In this document: positions 27,055-41,414 of the stretch, in pieces | Layout of the letters: each line of letters begins with the position of its first letter | Position numbering within the stretch: position 1 is the stretch's first letter | NCBI RefSeq assembly: GCF_009834535.1 | Contig: NC_045698.1 | Span: 3,164,001-3,228,000, forward strand | Direction: 5' to 3' | DNA from: Camelus ferus | Taxonomy: Eukaryota | DNA: 64,000 nucleotides | Position numbers and translations under genes: made by a program | The notes under the pieces: generated by a model | Database searches by the model: none | Seen by the model: only the letters and a program-made list of their open reading frames with translations | Told to the model about the DNA's origin: nothing

Positions 27055-28460
27055 AATCTTCTATTTTAGAACACTTTCAGATTTACAGAAAAATTGTGAA
27101 GATAGTTTAAAGAGTTCCCATACACTGCACACCCAGTTTCTCCAGATTAACATCTTACATAATCATGGTGCATGTGTTAAAATGAGTGAACTGATACTGG
27201 ATGACTATTATTAGCTAAATTCTATGCTTCATTTAGATTCCCTTGGTTGTTGTGAATGTTCTTTCTCTGCTCCAGAATTCCATACAAAGTGCCCATCATG
27301 CTAGTTGTCATGCCTCCTTGAGCTCCTGTGTGTGCGGCCGTTTCTGAGACTTCTCTTGTTTTTGATGACATTGCAGTTCCGAGGAGCGCTGAGCTGGTGT
27401 TTTGTGGGGTCCTCTTTAGTTGATATGACTCTGGAGTTTCTCTCAGGGTCAGACTCGGGTTAGGTATTTGCAGGAAGAAGACCATGGAAGTGAAGGGCCG
27501 TTTTCATCATATCACACAGGGGTATTGTGGGTTGAATAGGGATCTCTGAGTTCTAATCCCTGGGAATTTTGGATGTGATTTTATGTAGATTTAGGCCCTC
27601 TGCAGGTGTAATTGCATTAAGGATCTTGAGATGAGGTCGCCTTGGACTTAGGGTGACCCTAAGCCCAGTGACTTGTGCCTTTATCAGAGAGAGGAGAGGA
27701 GGATTTGAGACATGGACACAAGGGGAAAGCCGTGTGACGATGGGGGCAGACATTGGAGCCACGTGCCTGGAGGAAGCTTCCTGCCCTGAATCCTTCAGAG
27801 GGAACGTGGCACCTTGGTTTCTGACTTCTAACCTTCGCAGTGCTGGGAGAAATTACTTCTGTTGTCTCAGGTTCCCAGTCTGTAGTGATCTGTCACGGCA
27901 GCCCCGGGACTAATGCACACCCATACTGCTCACAGGACTTGTCACCACCAGTGTTAACCTTGATCTCCCGGCGAGGTGGTGCTGGCCAGGCTGTTGCACC
28001 GTCACCATGTTATACAGTAACTGAACTTCCTGAGCACAGCCACAGCCGGCACTTAAGGAGTGGGGAACTCTGCACCACCTCCTGCGGGCAGAAGAATCAC
28101 GTATTTAGCATTCTGCACAGGAGATCTGTCTCTTCTCTCCGTGTACTTACTTCTTCAGTCATTTACTTATATCGGCACGGGCTCATGGATACTGAGTTTA
28201 TGCTTTACAATCCAGCGCCATCTTATCTATCGTGTTGGCGAATCATTCCAGGCTTGGCCGCGGGGGGTTGTGCCCGTTGGCTCTTGAGTGCCTTTGACTC
28301 AAGTCCGTCACTGCTGCTTTTTGTTGCTGTTTCCTGAACGCCTTCTTCATTTCAGGCGCCATGGGATGCCCCAGACTCGCCTTCTGTACTCACGGCTCCT
28401 GTTCCAGAACTAGCCGTTTCTCCAAGGAGCCCTGCTCCTCTTAATGGAGAATGAGATCAC
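27055..28460 (-). mobile_element. L1MC-like 3' end, interrupted by MLT1
   Basis: ttttagaacactttcagatttacagaaaaattgtgaagatagt...agagttcccatac is a typical antisense L1MC terminus. It resumes after 27918 and ends near ttctccaaggagccctg. Confidence 0.8.
27523..27917 (+). mobile_element. MaLR solo LTR (MLT1C-like)
   Basis: Starts tattgtgggttgaata, contains ttaaggatcttgagatgagg, and ends cacggcagccccgggactaatgca. Confidence 0.85.
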
Positions 28461-29397
28461 ACGTAGGAAGGATCTACCCACCTGTGGGCCCGTGAACCTC
28501 ACCATTATTGTCACCTCATCAAGGCTACTTGATTTGACTTCAGGATGCCCGACCAGAGCCTTTGCCTGGCCACATTCTTTCCTTGGTGTGTCTGAGATAG
28601 AAAGTGCACAGATTTGGGTGAAGCACAGCAAGCAAGCATCATGCCACCCAGGTAATTTCTAATCTCTCTAAGTCTCATCTATATGAAGGGAAGTAGAGTG
28701 TTGGGTTTAAATAGCCAGGATTAAAACTTAAGGATTAAATGCTGTAAAATGTTTGTAAGAAGCATTCAATAACTGGCTATAACCGGTTGCATGTTTATAT
28801 AGATGAAGATGCAAATTGTGGGCGAGGTAGGTAAGTAAGCAGAAGACTGAAAGGCGGCATGGTGAGTATTTTAAACAGAAGGATGCATATGGTGCTGTCA
28901 GAGGAAATAAAAACATTTATATAATTAAGCACTTTCCATTTGCTGGGGATTAGTCTGGATGCTTTACCGGTGGTTCCCAGCACAGCACAGCAAAGCTGTC
29001 TCATTAATGGTAAAAGCTGGGGCACAAGGAGGGCCATCCCTCACCCAGGGCCCAGTCACTCCTTAAATGAGCAGCTGAAGTTGGAACCCAGGGCACTGGC
29101 TCCATGTTTTATCCTTCCTGCTGGTCCAGGAGGGCTAAATGTGGAATAGGGCTCTCTGAAGCACAAGGAAGCCTGTCTGTGTGTGGACAGAGGCGGTCAT
29201 CAAGGGGTGAGGGAAGGCCCGTCAGGAGGACAGAGGTCCCTGCAAAGGCCAGTGCCCCACTTGGTCAGGGCGCTCGCTGTCCAGTGGGGTGGCTGCCTTT
29301 GAGGGCTCTTTGGGGAGGGATCTGCCTGGAGGAAACAAGCAGTGTCTAGTTATTAAACATTAACAAATCAATATGCATTTTATCAAGACCCTTTCTT

Positions 29398-29848
29398 TGC
29401 CATTTGCAGCAACATGGATGGCCTGGAGATCATCATTGTAAGTGAAGTAAGTCAGACAGAGAAAGAAAAATACCATATGAGATCACTTACCTGTGGAATC
29501 AAAAAAAAAAAAAAAAGACAAATGAACTTATTTACAAAACAGAAACAGACTCACAAACATAGAAAACAAACTATGGTTACCAAAGGGGAAAGGGTGGGGA
29601 GGGATAAATTAGGGGTTGGAGATTTATAGACACACATTCCTATATATAAAATAGGTAAACAACAACTTTCTACTGTAGAGCACAGGGAAACATAGTCAGT
29701 ATCTGTAGTAACCTATAGTGAAAAAGGGTATGAAAATGAAAATATGTATGTGTATGGATGACTGAACTATAATGCTGTACACCAGAAACTGACACAATGT
29801 TGTGAACTGACTATGTGTCAATTAAAAACAAAACAAAACAAAACAAAA
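29398..29848 (+). mobile_element. Young camelid-type L1 3' end with (AAAAC)n tail
   Basis: ttgccatttgcagcaacatggatgg (end of ORF2; ORF 29414 MDGLEIIIVSEVSQTEKEKYHM), family 3' UTR and A-rich tail. Confidence 0.92.
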
Positions 29849-30014
29849 CTCACCAGGTGCTGCAAGTCCTCGTTGTCCTGAAGACTCAGGGGAGCGGAAG
29901 GGAAAGTGCTAACAGGCGTGTAATTTACCACCTACTTGTTTTATTCTGAAAAACAAAAAGAGAGCACAAAAGACAAGCAATATGGACATCTGTTGCACCA
30001 TGGTGGTGAGTGAG

Positions 30015-30383
30015 TGTCTTTGGAGGCCTTAAGTTGAAGATCAAGATGTGGGCGGGGCTGGTTCCTGCGGAGGCTGAGGGAGACTCTGCTCCGGGCCCCT
30101 CCCCAGCTCTGGTGCTTGCTGATGTCCTTGGCTCGTCAGGAGCATCACCCCAAGCCCCGCCTTCATGTTCGCGTGGCATCCTCCTTGTGGCTTCTCTGGC
30201 TCCTGTAAACATCCCCTGTTTACAAGGGCACCAGTCAGATTGGATCAGGGCTCACCCTCATGACCTTGTTCGTCTGAATTGCCTTTGTAAAGACCCCTAT
30301 CTCCAAAAAAGGCCACCTTCCAATGTACTGGGGGTTAGGACTTCAACACATGAATTCTGGGGGACACAATTCAACCCATAACA
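30015..30383 (-). mobile_element. MaLR LTR (MLT1B/C-like)
   Basis: Ends gggttaggacttcaacacatgaattctgggggacacaattcaacccataaca, the reverse complement of the MLT1 5' terminus. Confidence 0.88.
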
Positions 30384-32499
30384 GTGAAAGATCATATAGC
30401 AACTATGAATTAGATCAATAAAATAGTCCTTTTTAAATTTAAAACAAGTAAAAGTCATTTATACATTAAATCTTAGAGAAATCCAAATCTCAGATAGTTA
30501 TATTATTTTACAAGTTATTTCTCTTACAGGCGATTATAAAAATCATCTCAGTAAATTTGGGGGGGGGGGATTCATCAAAGACTAACAGCACTTAAATTGA
30601 TCCTTGTCCCTTAGAGTGTGCCTACAGCGTTTTAGAGCTGTTCTGTATGGTCTTTTCACTTATGAGATAGTGAATATATTTTTGGTGTGACATTATCTAT
30701 GTATACAAGAAATAAAGTCATACTGAAAATGTATTTCCCTTTACTTGGAAGTTGAAGGAATAAGGTTTATTCTTATGTCAAAGTAATTTTTCACAGCTCT
30801 TCGCTGTAGAGTTCTGAGTCAAATCATGTTTATTTTGGATAACTTCATATCACCATTTTTATTTAACACATTCATGACGGCAAAAGGTCTGTTTTGTAGA
30901 TCCAAAGAACAAAGGAATATTGTAAAAATAAACTTTTAAAAATGGATATATATTTCTTCCAAAGACAAACTATTCCAAATCCACCAATGGGTGTCATTTG
31001 GAGCAACTGTTCACAAATTGTTCTGGGACATGTGCTGGTCCCAGAGGTCCCTCTAGGTGACCCTCAGGCTAATCTCATGTAGTATTGATGCTTATAATAT
31101 GAAAATGTCTATATTTTAGTCTCCAGAATGGATGGTTTATGAATAATGTATAATATTTAATAAAACCAGACATTGCCTCATTAATGTCTCATCAAAAGTA
31201 GAATGGATTGCTTCCTTAAATCTGGCATTTTTGGGTCATGTACTGGATAAGATTGGGTAGATAGATATATCTCCTTTTACCCTATTAAACACATTTATAA
31301 TCCAGCAAATATGAGAATTAATTTCTGGAAGGTTTCAGTCACTAATCAGATTAAACTCAAAGCAAAAAATCTCATGTGTTTATGAATTCCTTCTCCTTGC
31401 AGCGAGCATTTTTGTTTGCTTGTTACATAAAATGCTTATGAGGAAAATGAAGCCTAGGAATACAGCAGGATTTTTGCAAAGGGCACACCACAAAGTAGGA
31501 GGGCTGCGGAGCTGCTGCTCGTGTGCTTGTTAAATTGCACTGCTTGAGGTTCATCACCAGTATTCGGGGGCAGAGTGGGCATTTGGCATGAAAATAACAC
31601 CAGGAGAAATCCTCTGTTGCCCCCCAGGACGAAGGTGTCAATCTAGACTCAAATCTCAAATTACCTGAAAGGTGAATCACTCCCATTCATCACCCTGTAT
31701 GTTATCCAATAAAGCCTTTGTATTCTCAACAACTACGAAAGCCATCAAGAACTCATAACCTCTCTAAGTGACAGTAGTAAATCATTAGTTTTGTCCAATC
31801 TTGGCATTGCATTCCTGCAGAATTTAAATTGATCTTAAAATCTTGTCACTGACTTTTAAGAACCAGAATCGCTTAGTCTTGTCATAAGCTGGTGCACGTA
31901 ACTTTTTGACCTAAATACATCTCACACTTCTCACATATGCCCTATATGCTTTTAATAATTTTCCACTCTCTTCCTCTTCCTGCATTTGTTATGGACATGG
32001 TGGGGTCAGAGTGGGAAGGAAGCAGACTGGAGGGGGCTGATTGGATGGGGAAGTGACCGAATGGGAAGGGTGGAGGGGGCAGACTTGGCATGTAGAGGAG
32101 CAGAGGGGGTGCTTGTCCTTGATTTGTGGGCTGGTGCAGGAGGAGGCGGAGGAAACATCGCTTAAAAACATTCATCCTCAAAATGGGGACAACATGTTGA
32201 CTTAGTCAAAGTAACACTCTCAGTGAATTAGAGGAACTGAAGTCCAGACTTTCTGAAAAGTAAGCTTCCAGGGGCTGCCAGGAAACCCTGATGATCTTAC
32301 TTATCCAACCATTTACAGCCTCACCTGAGACAATTGTTAAATTCTGTTGAATCCTCCAGGAGAACATTATGCACCCCCAAAATGGATCTTAAATATGACC
32401 TTCAACTGCACTTATTGTCTAACCCTGACTATCTCTGCAACTCCGTCCCTCACTGTTCCCAACTCACAACCCAAACGTTCCTGGGATCCCCGAGGCTTC

Positions 32500-32805
32500 C
32501 TGGCCCTCAGGTCCACCCCTGCCTTGCCCATGCTACCTTCTCTCTTCTCTGCACTGAGGCCAGAGCATCCTTCCTTAACCCTAGGATAAGGGCTCAGGCG
32601 TCACCCGCCACGTTTCTCCACGACAGTCTAGGTGAATTATCTCCCCTGTACTTACCACGCGTCCCCATAGTTGCCCTGAAGTTTGCACCATTAGCTGGGG
32701 GTTTCCTTGAGGTCAGAGGATGAACTATCATTTTTACCTGAATTTCTGTTACCTAGAATGGTGCACCATATATGGTAGATGCTTGGGAAAGACCAATGAA
32801 TGACC
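32500..32805 (+). mobile_element. L2 3' end
   Basis: ttccttgaggtcagagg...acctagaatggtgc...atatggtagatgct...aatgaatga. Confidence 0.6.
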
Positions 32806-33402
32806 CACTGAATTAAGGAAATTGCCCTGATAACAAAGAGGAGAAAGAAATGGGCTGGAGGTTGGGGTGGATAATGGTGATGAAGAGAGTGAGAAAAGTG
32901 GTAAATCTGACCCAATAGTCCTGGCAAGTGATAACTAACAAGAGGGTCATAGTATGGAGCAGAAAATACACTGGTCAATAAAAGATGTTAATATTCTCAT
33001 GAAAAATTCCTAACTAAGCCCTTTTATATATATTATAAAATCCCATTTTTCCCTAATACGTCTTTGGTTTTATAATGAAAATTGTGAAGAACTGTAGCAT
33101 ACCCACCTAGGAGACCTCGATCCCTTAATTAAGGACTGTCTACACCGCAGCTATTTTTGACTTTCTCTTAATTTGCTGATGCTCTTCTCTCCCACTGTAA
33201 TTTCCCTCTGGCTCCTTCTCTCCCACTGCATTCTCCACCAAATTCTATTTGTGAATCAATTTGTCCCTAAGAATAGAGCAGCTCTTGCAAAGCTGTTTTC
33301 AGTACACAAAGAGTGGAGAATACAAGCAAGTAAATCAAAGGTGATCCAATTAGTGACTCTTTTTTCCCTAGGATAGAGGTATTGAGTTTTCATTTACTGT
33401 GC

Positions 33403-33426
33403 AAAAAAAAAAAAAAAAAAAAAAAA
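33403..33426. repeat. Poly(A) run of ~24 nt
   Basis: Direct reading. No associated element recognised. Confidence 0.85.
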
Positions 33427-35794
33427 GAGAGAGCACCGAAATAAAAATTAAAAGTTCAGTTTCCATTTTAAGTAAAGAAAATTGCAGACGCATCTAGAAA
33501 GTTATTTTTTAATCAGGGAACCGTGAGGGGCTGGGAACCAGGTGTCTACTGAAGAAGATACTTATGGAAGGTCTAATACTGAGGATTCTGAAATGCTGTC
33601 TCTGTAACCAAATCCACTGATCCGAGCATAGGTGAACATCACTAAATCCGTGAAAACATCATTAATATTCTGGAGGTATGAAAATAAGACAGACTAGTTC
33701 AATCTGGCCCTGTGATCTACCCTCCTCCAAATAAATCCCCACTTATGGGGCTTCTGGTTATGAAGAGAGAGGAGATTTCTGAGTCCAGCACCATTGGCTG
33801 TGTATCCTTTAATAACAATGCAAAGATTTAGAGAGCTGAAGTGATGAAGCCTCTGTCTTCTCATTCCCATTGATCATAATGTTTCCCTGAGATGATTCCA
33901 ACCACCTCCTCTATTGAAAACCTACTTAGAAATCCATCACACTCCAATTCATCCTCCACAGTCAGCCTGTGCAGAGGAGACTCCGCTCTGGGTTGAAGAT
34001 GTTCAATTTCATTTCTAAATTGGACTTAGACATTGGTGGATTAAATGATTAGAGGAAACATGCCAGTAAATCTCAAAAGACACAAAAAGACATTTGCTCA
34101 TTGATTGAATCAAATCATCTATGAGTTGAAGCAGAACAAACTTTGAAACAAGGTTCTTCTAGTAACATGGTACGTGGAATGAATGAGTCAAGGTTTTGAA
34201 ATAGCACACGGTCACTGTGCTGTGACTGGCACACTCAGATAAAACATGACTTTTCTCGGCTTGCCACCCAATATAAATTGATGCAGATAAGTGGGCACTT
34301 TCTTGCTTTAGTGCAGCTATTTGCATGATTTACATGAAAGGATTTGAGGTACCAGGTCTAGGAGAGAACGAATTATTGATTTGTGATCTTCCCTGTGTCA
34401 TGAGGATGGTTGATCCGTTGAAGTCTAGTGTGAGGAAGGCAAGTGTTCAATATTTCAAGTGGAGAATCCCAAGAAAAATTCAAAAACAATCACATGGTGC
34501 CGGAGGATGCTTTTACAGAGCTACGAAGGAGTGCACCGTCTAGGATCACTGATCCTTCACTGCAATATCCAGATGGAAAAGTAGGATCACCCCCCATTGC
34601 AGCTGACTTCATTTATATTTTTGTTACAGTCTAAAAAAACAAAAAACAAAAAATTCTGAGTAAAATTTTTTCATTGGTTGTAAATATAATGCAAAGCAAA
34701 GAAAAAATATTTATTAAACGCTACATCTTTATTGCAACACGCAGAGATTAAAGTTATAGAATAGTTGAAATTGAAGTCGCAACTTCGGCCATGGGTTTGG
34801 TATTACTTCCTATTCACACATCCCACAAGAAAAATGACCATTAGCTAAGGAAGATGTATGATAAATACTCACTTCCCTGTTTTCTGTGCATCATTCTTTT
34901 AAAATTTTTATTTTATGTTTCTGTATCCCAAGCATCTCCAGGGCTACAAGCAGTTGTGGAAATACTAAATGGCTACACACCGCGATGGTTGTCTGCAGGT
35001 GAAAGGAGATTAAATATGGGATATGAAGTTGATGTCCAGACAAGAGTTAAAGCAAATGACAAAAAGGAAGCCATTTAGGGATGTGAGAACAGCTGGGTCA
35101 CTGTGGAAGAATGAAAAGGGAAGGGTGCCGATAGAGCTGACAACGGGAAGAGAACCCACTGACAGGGCAGAGAAAGCCCAGAGGATCAGATTACACAGGC
35201 AGGGCAACCCCACTCTCAAAGGATGTGCTCTCCACATCAGTAGAGACAAAAATCACTGTATTTGTATTATGAGACCTTTACTTCATTTCACAGTACAGTG
35301 GATTTAAAGACATAATTATAATAATACTTTAGAATAACTTTTTTGTTAAATATGATTTTAAAACACAGAAGAATTGTAATTTTTTTGGCCACTTGTATGC
35401 AAGTTTATGTTCCGCTCAGCCTGTTCAGCGTTTCAAATGATGAAAACCAGTGTCTGAAAGAACCACATGGCGCATGCCTGGGAGATGTCCTGACTAGAGG
35501 ACATCTGAATCCCTGAGTATAAGGATTAACACTTAGATGGAAGCTTAAAGATAAAAGAGAGACTCCGTGATGAGAACAGAAACCACAAATCTGACTTTTC
35601 TCTAACTGTACAATTTGTACCCTGAGATCCTATCCATACGGTAAGGGTGATTTTGTGAAAGATAAAATGATTCGTTGAGTATGATCCTTAATCAAAAGAT
35701 TCTATAAAAAATAATAACAGGAAATAATGGGAAGATAATATAGGGGCGTAGATGTCAGTTTTTTTGTTTTTGTTTTTTTTTTTGTTTTTATTTT

Positions 35795-36290
35795 TTTGAT
35801 GCATAAGAAATTACACCAACATGTAAGAACCTAAAACAAGAGTCATCACTTATCATCTCACCCAGTTTCTGTGCATCAAGGCTTTGGGCAATTCCGGTTC
35901 AGCTCTATCAGGAGATTGTAGTCAGGATGTTGGGTGGGACTAAGTCACCTGAAGTCTTGATGGGGCTGTGGACGGACTTCCAACGTGGCTGCCCCCCACC
36001 TGACAAGCTGCTACTGGCTGTGAGCAGGGGTCCTCATCCTCTTCATACAGACGTTGTGCGTGTCTTCGTGACATGGCTGCTGGATGCCCCCAAAGCAATT
36101 GACTCAAGGGAGCATAAGGCCAAAGCCACCATCTCTTATGTGACCTGCCTTCTGAAGCTCGATTCTGTTATATCTTTAATTTACCACTGAATACAGATAT
36201 CATTCCAATCATTGTGGATAACTGATATGGGCTAGAAACACCAGGAGGTGAGAATCATCGGGGTCATCTGGCAGGTTGGCTACTGCCCCT
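35795..36290 (-). mobile_element. MaLR LTR (MLT1E/F-like)
   Basis: gcataagaaattacacc...cagtttctgtgcatcaag at the start and accaggaggtgagaatcatcggggtcatct...ggctac at the end. Confidence 0.7.
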
Positions 36291-36639
36291 AGTGATATTT
36301 CTCCAAAGACATGCACTAAAAGTGACCCACTGTGACCCTAGAATCTTAACATGGAAGATCCCCTATCCAGCAGTAGGCGTGCTGAAATGTTCAATAGAAC
36401 GTTTCAAACAGGCGACTCTGAAGTCCATAGGAGCTACCACGCGTCTTCTTCTTAAACCTACTAAAGTGTGTTCCTTCCACCACTGTTTCTTTGGGGGGAT
36501 AATGTTCTCTCAAAGGATTTTTGTGACTTTGATGCAAGGCCATGATCTCCTGCCTTTCCAATGTCTGTCCAAGCACTGAACCCATAGACCACTGTCCTCC
36601 TGCCTTTTTTCCTCCCCACACTACCTACATGGACTGAGC

Positions 36640-37429
36640 ATTCTCTCTTCCCTGAATGCCCTCCTGTCTCTCAGGATATTTTGGAGTTTCTGTTATTCTG
36701 ACTTTCCTCAAGATGCCCTTAAAATTCCCTTAAGTGCCTTTAAACCCACACCCATCTTCAGTGATTTTCCCGGGCAGTAGACGCTGTATGAGATTTAACA
36801 TCTATTCCCGTGTGACTTCTACCCAGTGAAGTCATTGTCTTTACCCCTAATGGATGCAGAGCTCCAGAAACAGTTGCCTGACTGCCTACTGCATGGCCCC
36901 ACATAAAGTCTCCCAGATTCCTCAGAATCCCAGTGTCCTCCTCCGACCTCAGCTTCTCCCACCCCTCATGCCCCATAAACTTCTTCTCCTGCCCTGCCCG
37001 AACCTGGTATCTGCACATCTGTGACTTCTACGTGCGTCTGCTTCTGGTACTCCCCACGGACACTGGGCTTAGCAGTTTGCCTTAACTCAAAACCTACTTG
37101 AAGTCTGTCTCCTCCTTTTCAGTTTCCTTGGCCAAAATGTCTTATCAAAGTGATTCTGATGCTCCTGTGCTGATAACCTTCTTAGAGATCAACCACACTT
37201 TAATTCATATTCCAAAACGCTGCCAGAAGTGCTTTATCTAAAACTTCATGTTTGATGACATTCTCTTCATAAAGTGTGCTGATAGTCCACATTTCAATGA
37301 GGATAACTTTCAAACCTATTGGCAGGACACATTTCCCTATTGTCAGGGCCCAAATTACAAAAATGCCTTTCCAAACTTATATCCTGACATCCTGACCTGC
37401 TTTTGTAGGCATCCTCAGCTCCAGAACTT

Positions 37430-37430
<1 letters not shown>
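36640..37430 (+). mobile_element. Degenerate L2 remnant
   Basis: Pyrimidine-rich tract with L2-like segments, e.g. gctgccagaagtgctttatctaaaac. Confidence 0.4.

Positions 37431-37432
<2 letters not shown>

Positions 37433-37481
<49 letters not shown>
37433..37481. repeat. (CA)~24 microsatellite
   Basis: Uninterrupted AC repeat, direct reading. Confidence 0.95.
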
Positions 37482-37483
<2 letters not shown>

Positions 37484-37689
37484 ATATATTTACTGATGAG
37501 CTGGCTCAAGTCACTGGAGCCCAGGAGAGACTAGCATTTGCCATGGGTTCCTAGAAAGCCCAGCTCAGTTTCTGGATCACAGAAACAAGAGTCAAGGCAG
37601 AAAATAGATTCCCATCCCTGAGAAAGTGCTAATGCATGCTTTTCACTTCTGATTCCAAAGCAACACCCCTAAACTTGAAGACTTTGTCA

Positions 37690-38830
37690 TAATTGAAAAT
37701 ATTTGGCCAAATATATGTTCTGCTCCATCCCTCCCCTTTTCCTCAGATTCCTATTGCATATATTAGACTTCTTGATATTGCCCCCAAGAGCACTGAGGCT
37801 TAATTTAGTTTTTTACAATTTGTTTAGTCTGTGCTCTTCAGGTTTATTTAACCAGTTTTGCTATTTTCTTCTAGTATCTTTATTTTGATGTAAGACTTTC
37901 TAGTAATTTTGCTTAAATTTTAAATACTCTATTATTCAGTTCATGCATTTTCATTTGATTCTATTTTATAGCTTCTACTTTTCTGATGACATTTTGTGAC
38001 TTCATTTTGACTATATTTTCTTCTACATGCTAGAGAATAGTTTTAAAAAATGACTTTAAAATTGCCAATTCTGACATCTGAGCCGCCTTGCAGCTATTTT
38101 TCATTGATTAATTTCTGTCTGTGTGCGGGTATAGGCCACATTTTACTTCACATCTGCATGCCTATCCATTTTTTATTTCATCATAGACATTGTAAAATTA
38201 TGTTGTAGAGACTATGGATTCTGTTATATTGCTCTGGATAGCATTAAATTTTGGCATTAGCAGACAACTAACTGCAGTAAGCAAATTTAAAGCTCTGTCC
38301 TCCTGCATAGACAATAAATGTTCTCCTTGTCCAGTTCGCTTATCCTTAGCCAAGCCTCTTGGATTGCACCACACGCACATGTAGGTCAGGAGTAAGATTT
38401 GAAACACCTGTTTTGCATCTCTGGACCATGTATCTGGACCACACTCTCTGTAGTTCTTTCTATTCTGGGATTTCTCTTCTCGTTTTCCTCTGGCTGTGGT
38501 ACTCCTGAACTCTGTTATCTGATTTCTCAAGCTGGTATTATTGTCAATTTCTGTCCAATTTTTATCTTTTCCATAAGGTGGCACTCATTGGAGATGCTTC
38601 TTGGGTAAAAACCTGTAAAACAAACAAACAAACAAACTGAAAACAAAAAAATGGCCCTCTCACTCACAACCATTTACTTCATTCAAGTGTCAACTCCGTT
38701 CCGGTTTCTTTCTGATTTTGCTCTCTCTCCCGTGACTTCAGACAATGGTTTTACATGTTTTACCCTAGAGTTCATCATCACGTGTGGAAGAGTTGTCACA
38801 CGTGAGATAGTCTACCGTTTCTGAAAGCTG
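37690..38830 (-). mobile_element. Old L1 ORF1 / 5' region remnant
   Basis: T-rich antisense ORF1-like sequence (cctattgcatatattagacttcttgatattgcccc...ctgaggct) continuing into an old L1 5' region (gtagagactatggattctgttat). Confidence 0.6.
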
Positions 38831-39150
38831 GGCTTCCTTTCAGTCTGTTGTGGGCCCCATCAGAAGTGAGACATCAGGAGCTATGTCGTAGGCCACAAAA
38901 TGCGCTTTACGGCGCAAAGACTCCATCAACGCCAGATGCCGAGAACTGACGTCCAGCGGAAACAAAATGTACCACTTAGAAAACGCTAGTCTTAGGTTTT
39001 CACATTTCATTCCCACCCACCTTCCTCCTCAGCTCGACTCATTCTTGACCATAACTAGGGTTTCACTTGCCGCCTTGTCTTCTTTTATATTGATAGTTAC
39101 TGTAGGCTGACATCAAAAACTGAGAGTCATCTTGTTTCCACCTCCCTGGT

Positions 39151-39164
39151 CCACTAGAGAGCAG
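39151..39164 (+). promoter_or_regulatory. CTCF-like motif
   Basis: ccactagagagcag versus the core CCACTAGAGGGCAG, one mismatch. Motif match only. Confidence 0.3.
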
Positions 39165-41414
39165 TTTTCACACAGCTGGGCACGCAGCTTCTCGGTGCAG
39201 GTAACTCACAGCAGAGGAGCTGTGGGTTAATGCTCCTGCACCCCAGTTTGGGTGCACCTGGTCTGTAATTCCTAACCAGGAAAGAGCCAAGAGAGGAAGG
39301 GGCTGTGTGTGTCTATGTGGGCGGTGGGGGTGCACAGGATGTGACAAAAACATTGAGGGCTCACCCCGAGACCAGTCAGCACTCCTGGCACACATCCGCA
39401 GCAATCTGTGCTCAGGAGTGAAGAGCTGCTATTTTTAAGGATTCTGCTTCCTCTGGGTTTCCCATCATATCAAAGTCTGAATGAAAGCAGACTATGCACG
39501 TAACTTCCTTCCAGGACCCGGTCAGAGAGACCAGGGCTCATTACTTCTTCACTGTTACATAGAGAGACATTCCAGGTTATTTTGCCTGAATTATGTTAAC
39601 CAGTACAAAAATATTTCTATTCATAGCATATTTTTACTAAAAGATTGCACACTCTCTCTAGACGAGTTTACTGTGGTAGCCTTGTTTCTATTTTTCTTTC
39701 CCCTAAGACTTAAATCATAAACAGAGGGAATCTGTACGTACTGGTGGAAATCCGCCTTATCTTTTTCATATGACATCCTCTTTGTGTCAATCACTACTTT
39801 GGTCAAAGCCAAGTCTCTCCCAGTCTCACTATTGCCAAGAATCTTGCAAATTTCATCGAATTTTGTCCCCTTAGGGGAAAACGTTAAATTCACTCACTCA
39901 GTTTATTTTCTTTTTCTTTTGGCACATGAAGAGTCAAGCATCAGATAACATCAGAAAGTCAATTAAAAAGGGACGGTGTAGCTTAATCACAGGGTTTTTC
40001 CTATCTATTTTTTCCAGTGGTTACCTTAAAACTGCTAACTTAAATCACAGTCCTGTGCTGTCTTTAGAAGTTCACTCCATCAAAAGCCAAGTGCTGAGTA
40101 ATCAAAGATCTTAATAACTGGAAGTTCTAACCCTAACCACAAGAGGATTAAAAATCCAGCAGCCAGAACTCAGCCCTTCGATCCAGCAAGCTGCAATGCA
40201 TAATGAGAAACCCCTAAAGCCCCAGATCACAGCCATGTCCTTGCCCACCTTAGAACTAAGTGGAAACTTCTTTAATTCCTTAAGAGACCCTATCTGCCTG
40301 ATGAAAATGGATATTGGCTTCTGTGTAGCATGATTAGAAGAATGGGAGAGGATTAGCAGAGATGCGAGGGAGAGGCTCAGGCCTGCTCATCTACATGGTA
40401 TTATTGCTGACAGGGGATGTTCACAGAAGACAGGGACCCAAAGGCAAAAGGCCCCTGAATTAAAGCAGCACTTATGACTCAAGTCATAGAGGGATTAAAA
40501 CCCATTTACTTTGCCACATCCAGTTTTATAAATCTACTAAGCCCCGTGATGCTCGCCTTTACAATTTTCTGTAGCAAACAGCCAAGCTGTTTGGAGAGAT
40601 GTTTGTTTTCGTTCAGAACAACCTATCAACAGATTGTAAATGAACTGTAAGTCGTGGTAGCAAGATTCTTTTCCTACACGTTGGAATGAATGAAAATCAT
40701 CCCTGTTTATTTAGAGTATAAATATTTAAAAGCCACATTCTTTAACACCATGTTATTGCTCACTTATCGCTACATGTGTATATGCAGTGTACCATCGTAC
40801 ATACACACATACACTGTATTTTGCTGAATACATATACACTATATATGTAGAGCGCAGCATAATGCTATTTCATTTTAGATAATTTATTGAAATGATTCCC
40901 CATTTAGGAATATCATGTCTGTAATGTCTATAAATTTTCTATCCTATAAGTATAAAATTTGTTTGTTTATACATTTAGCATTGAGATTTGAAGTTAAAAT
41001 TCCCCAGAGATAATGAATCTTCAGAAAGATCTTGGATTCTCCTAGAATCTCTTCAATAGAACTTAGAATTTTGTAGCATATTTTGCCACTCTCAGTGCCC
41101 CCATAATTTGCTCCTTTTGAAGAAAGCTTTTTAAAAGTCAATTACGTGAATCATTGTAAAATGCAAAATTACTTTCAACTAACAATGTCTCCTATCTAGC
41201 TGAAATATCACTCGATGGCTTGACACTAGGATGCAAGCAGCATGCTTATACATTTGGAATTTCTCTTTCAACTCATCATCATTTTTAAAACAAAGTTGAT
41301 TTTCTATCCGGACTGTGACCTCTTAATTCAACATTTCAATATAGTATAAGAATGTCATCCAATGTGGAGGTTTAGAGCTATAGTGTATTTGGTGTCACAG
41401 CTTAAGGAAAAAAA

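Noticed and set aside
27653..28337. 86-165 aa ORFs
   Set aside because: They fall within MLT1 and L1MC 3' UTR sequence, so they are chance frames.
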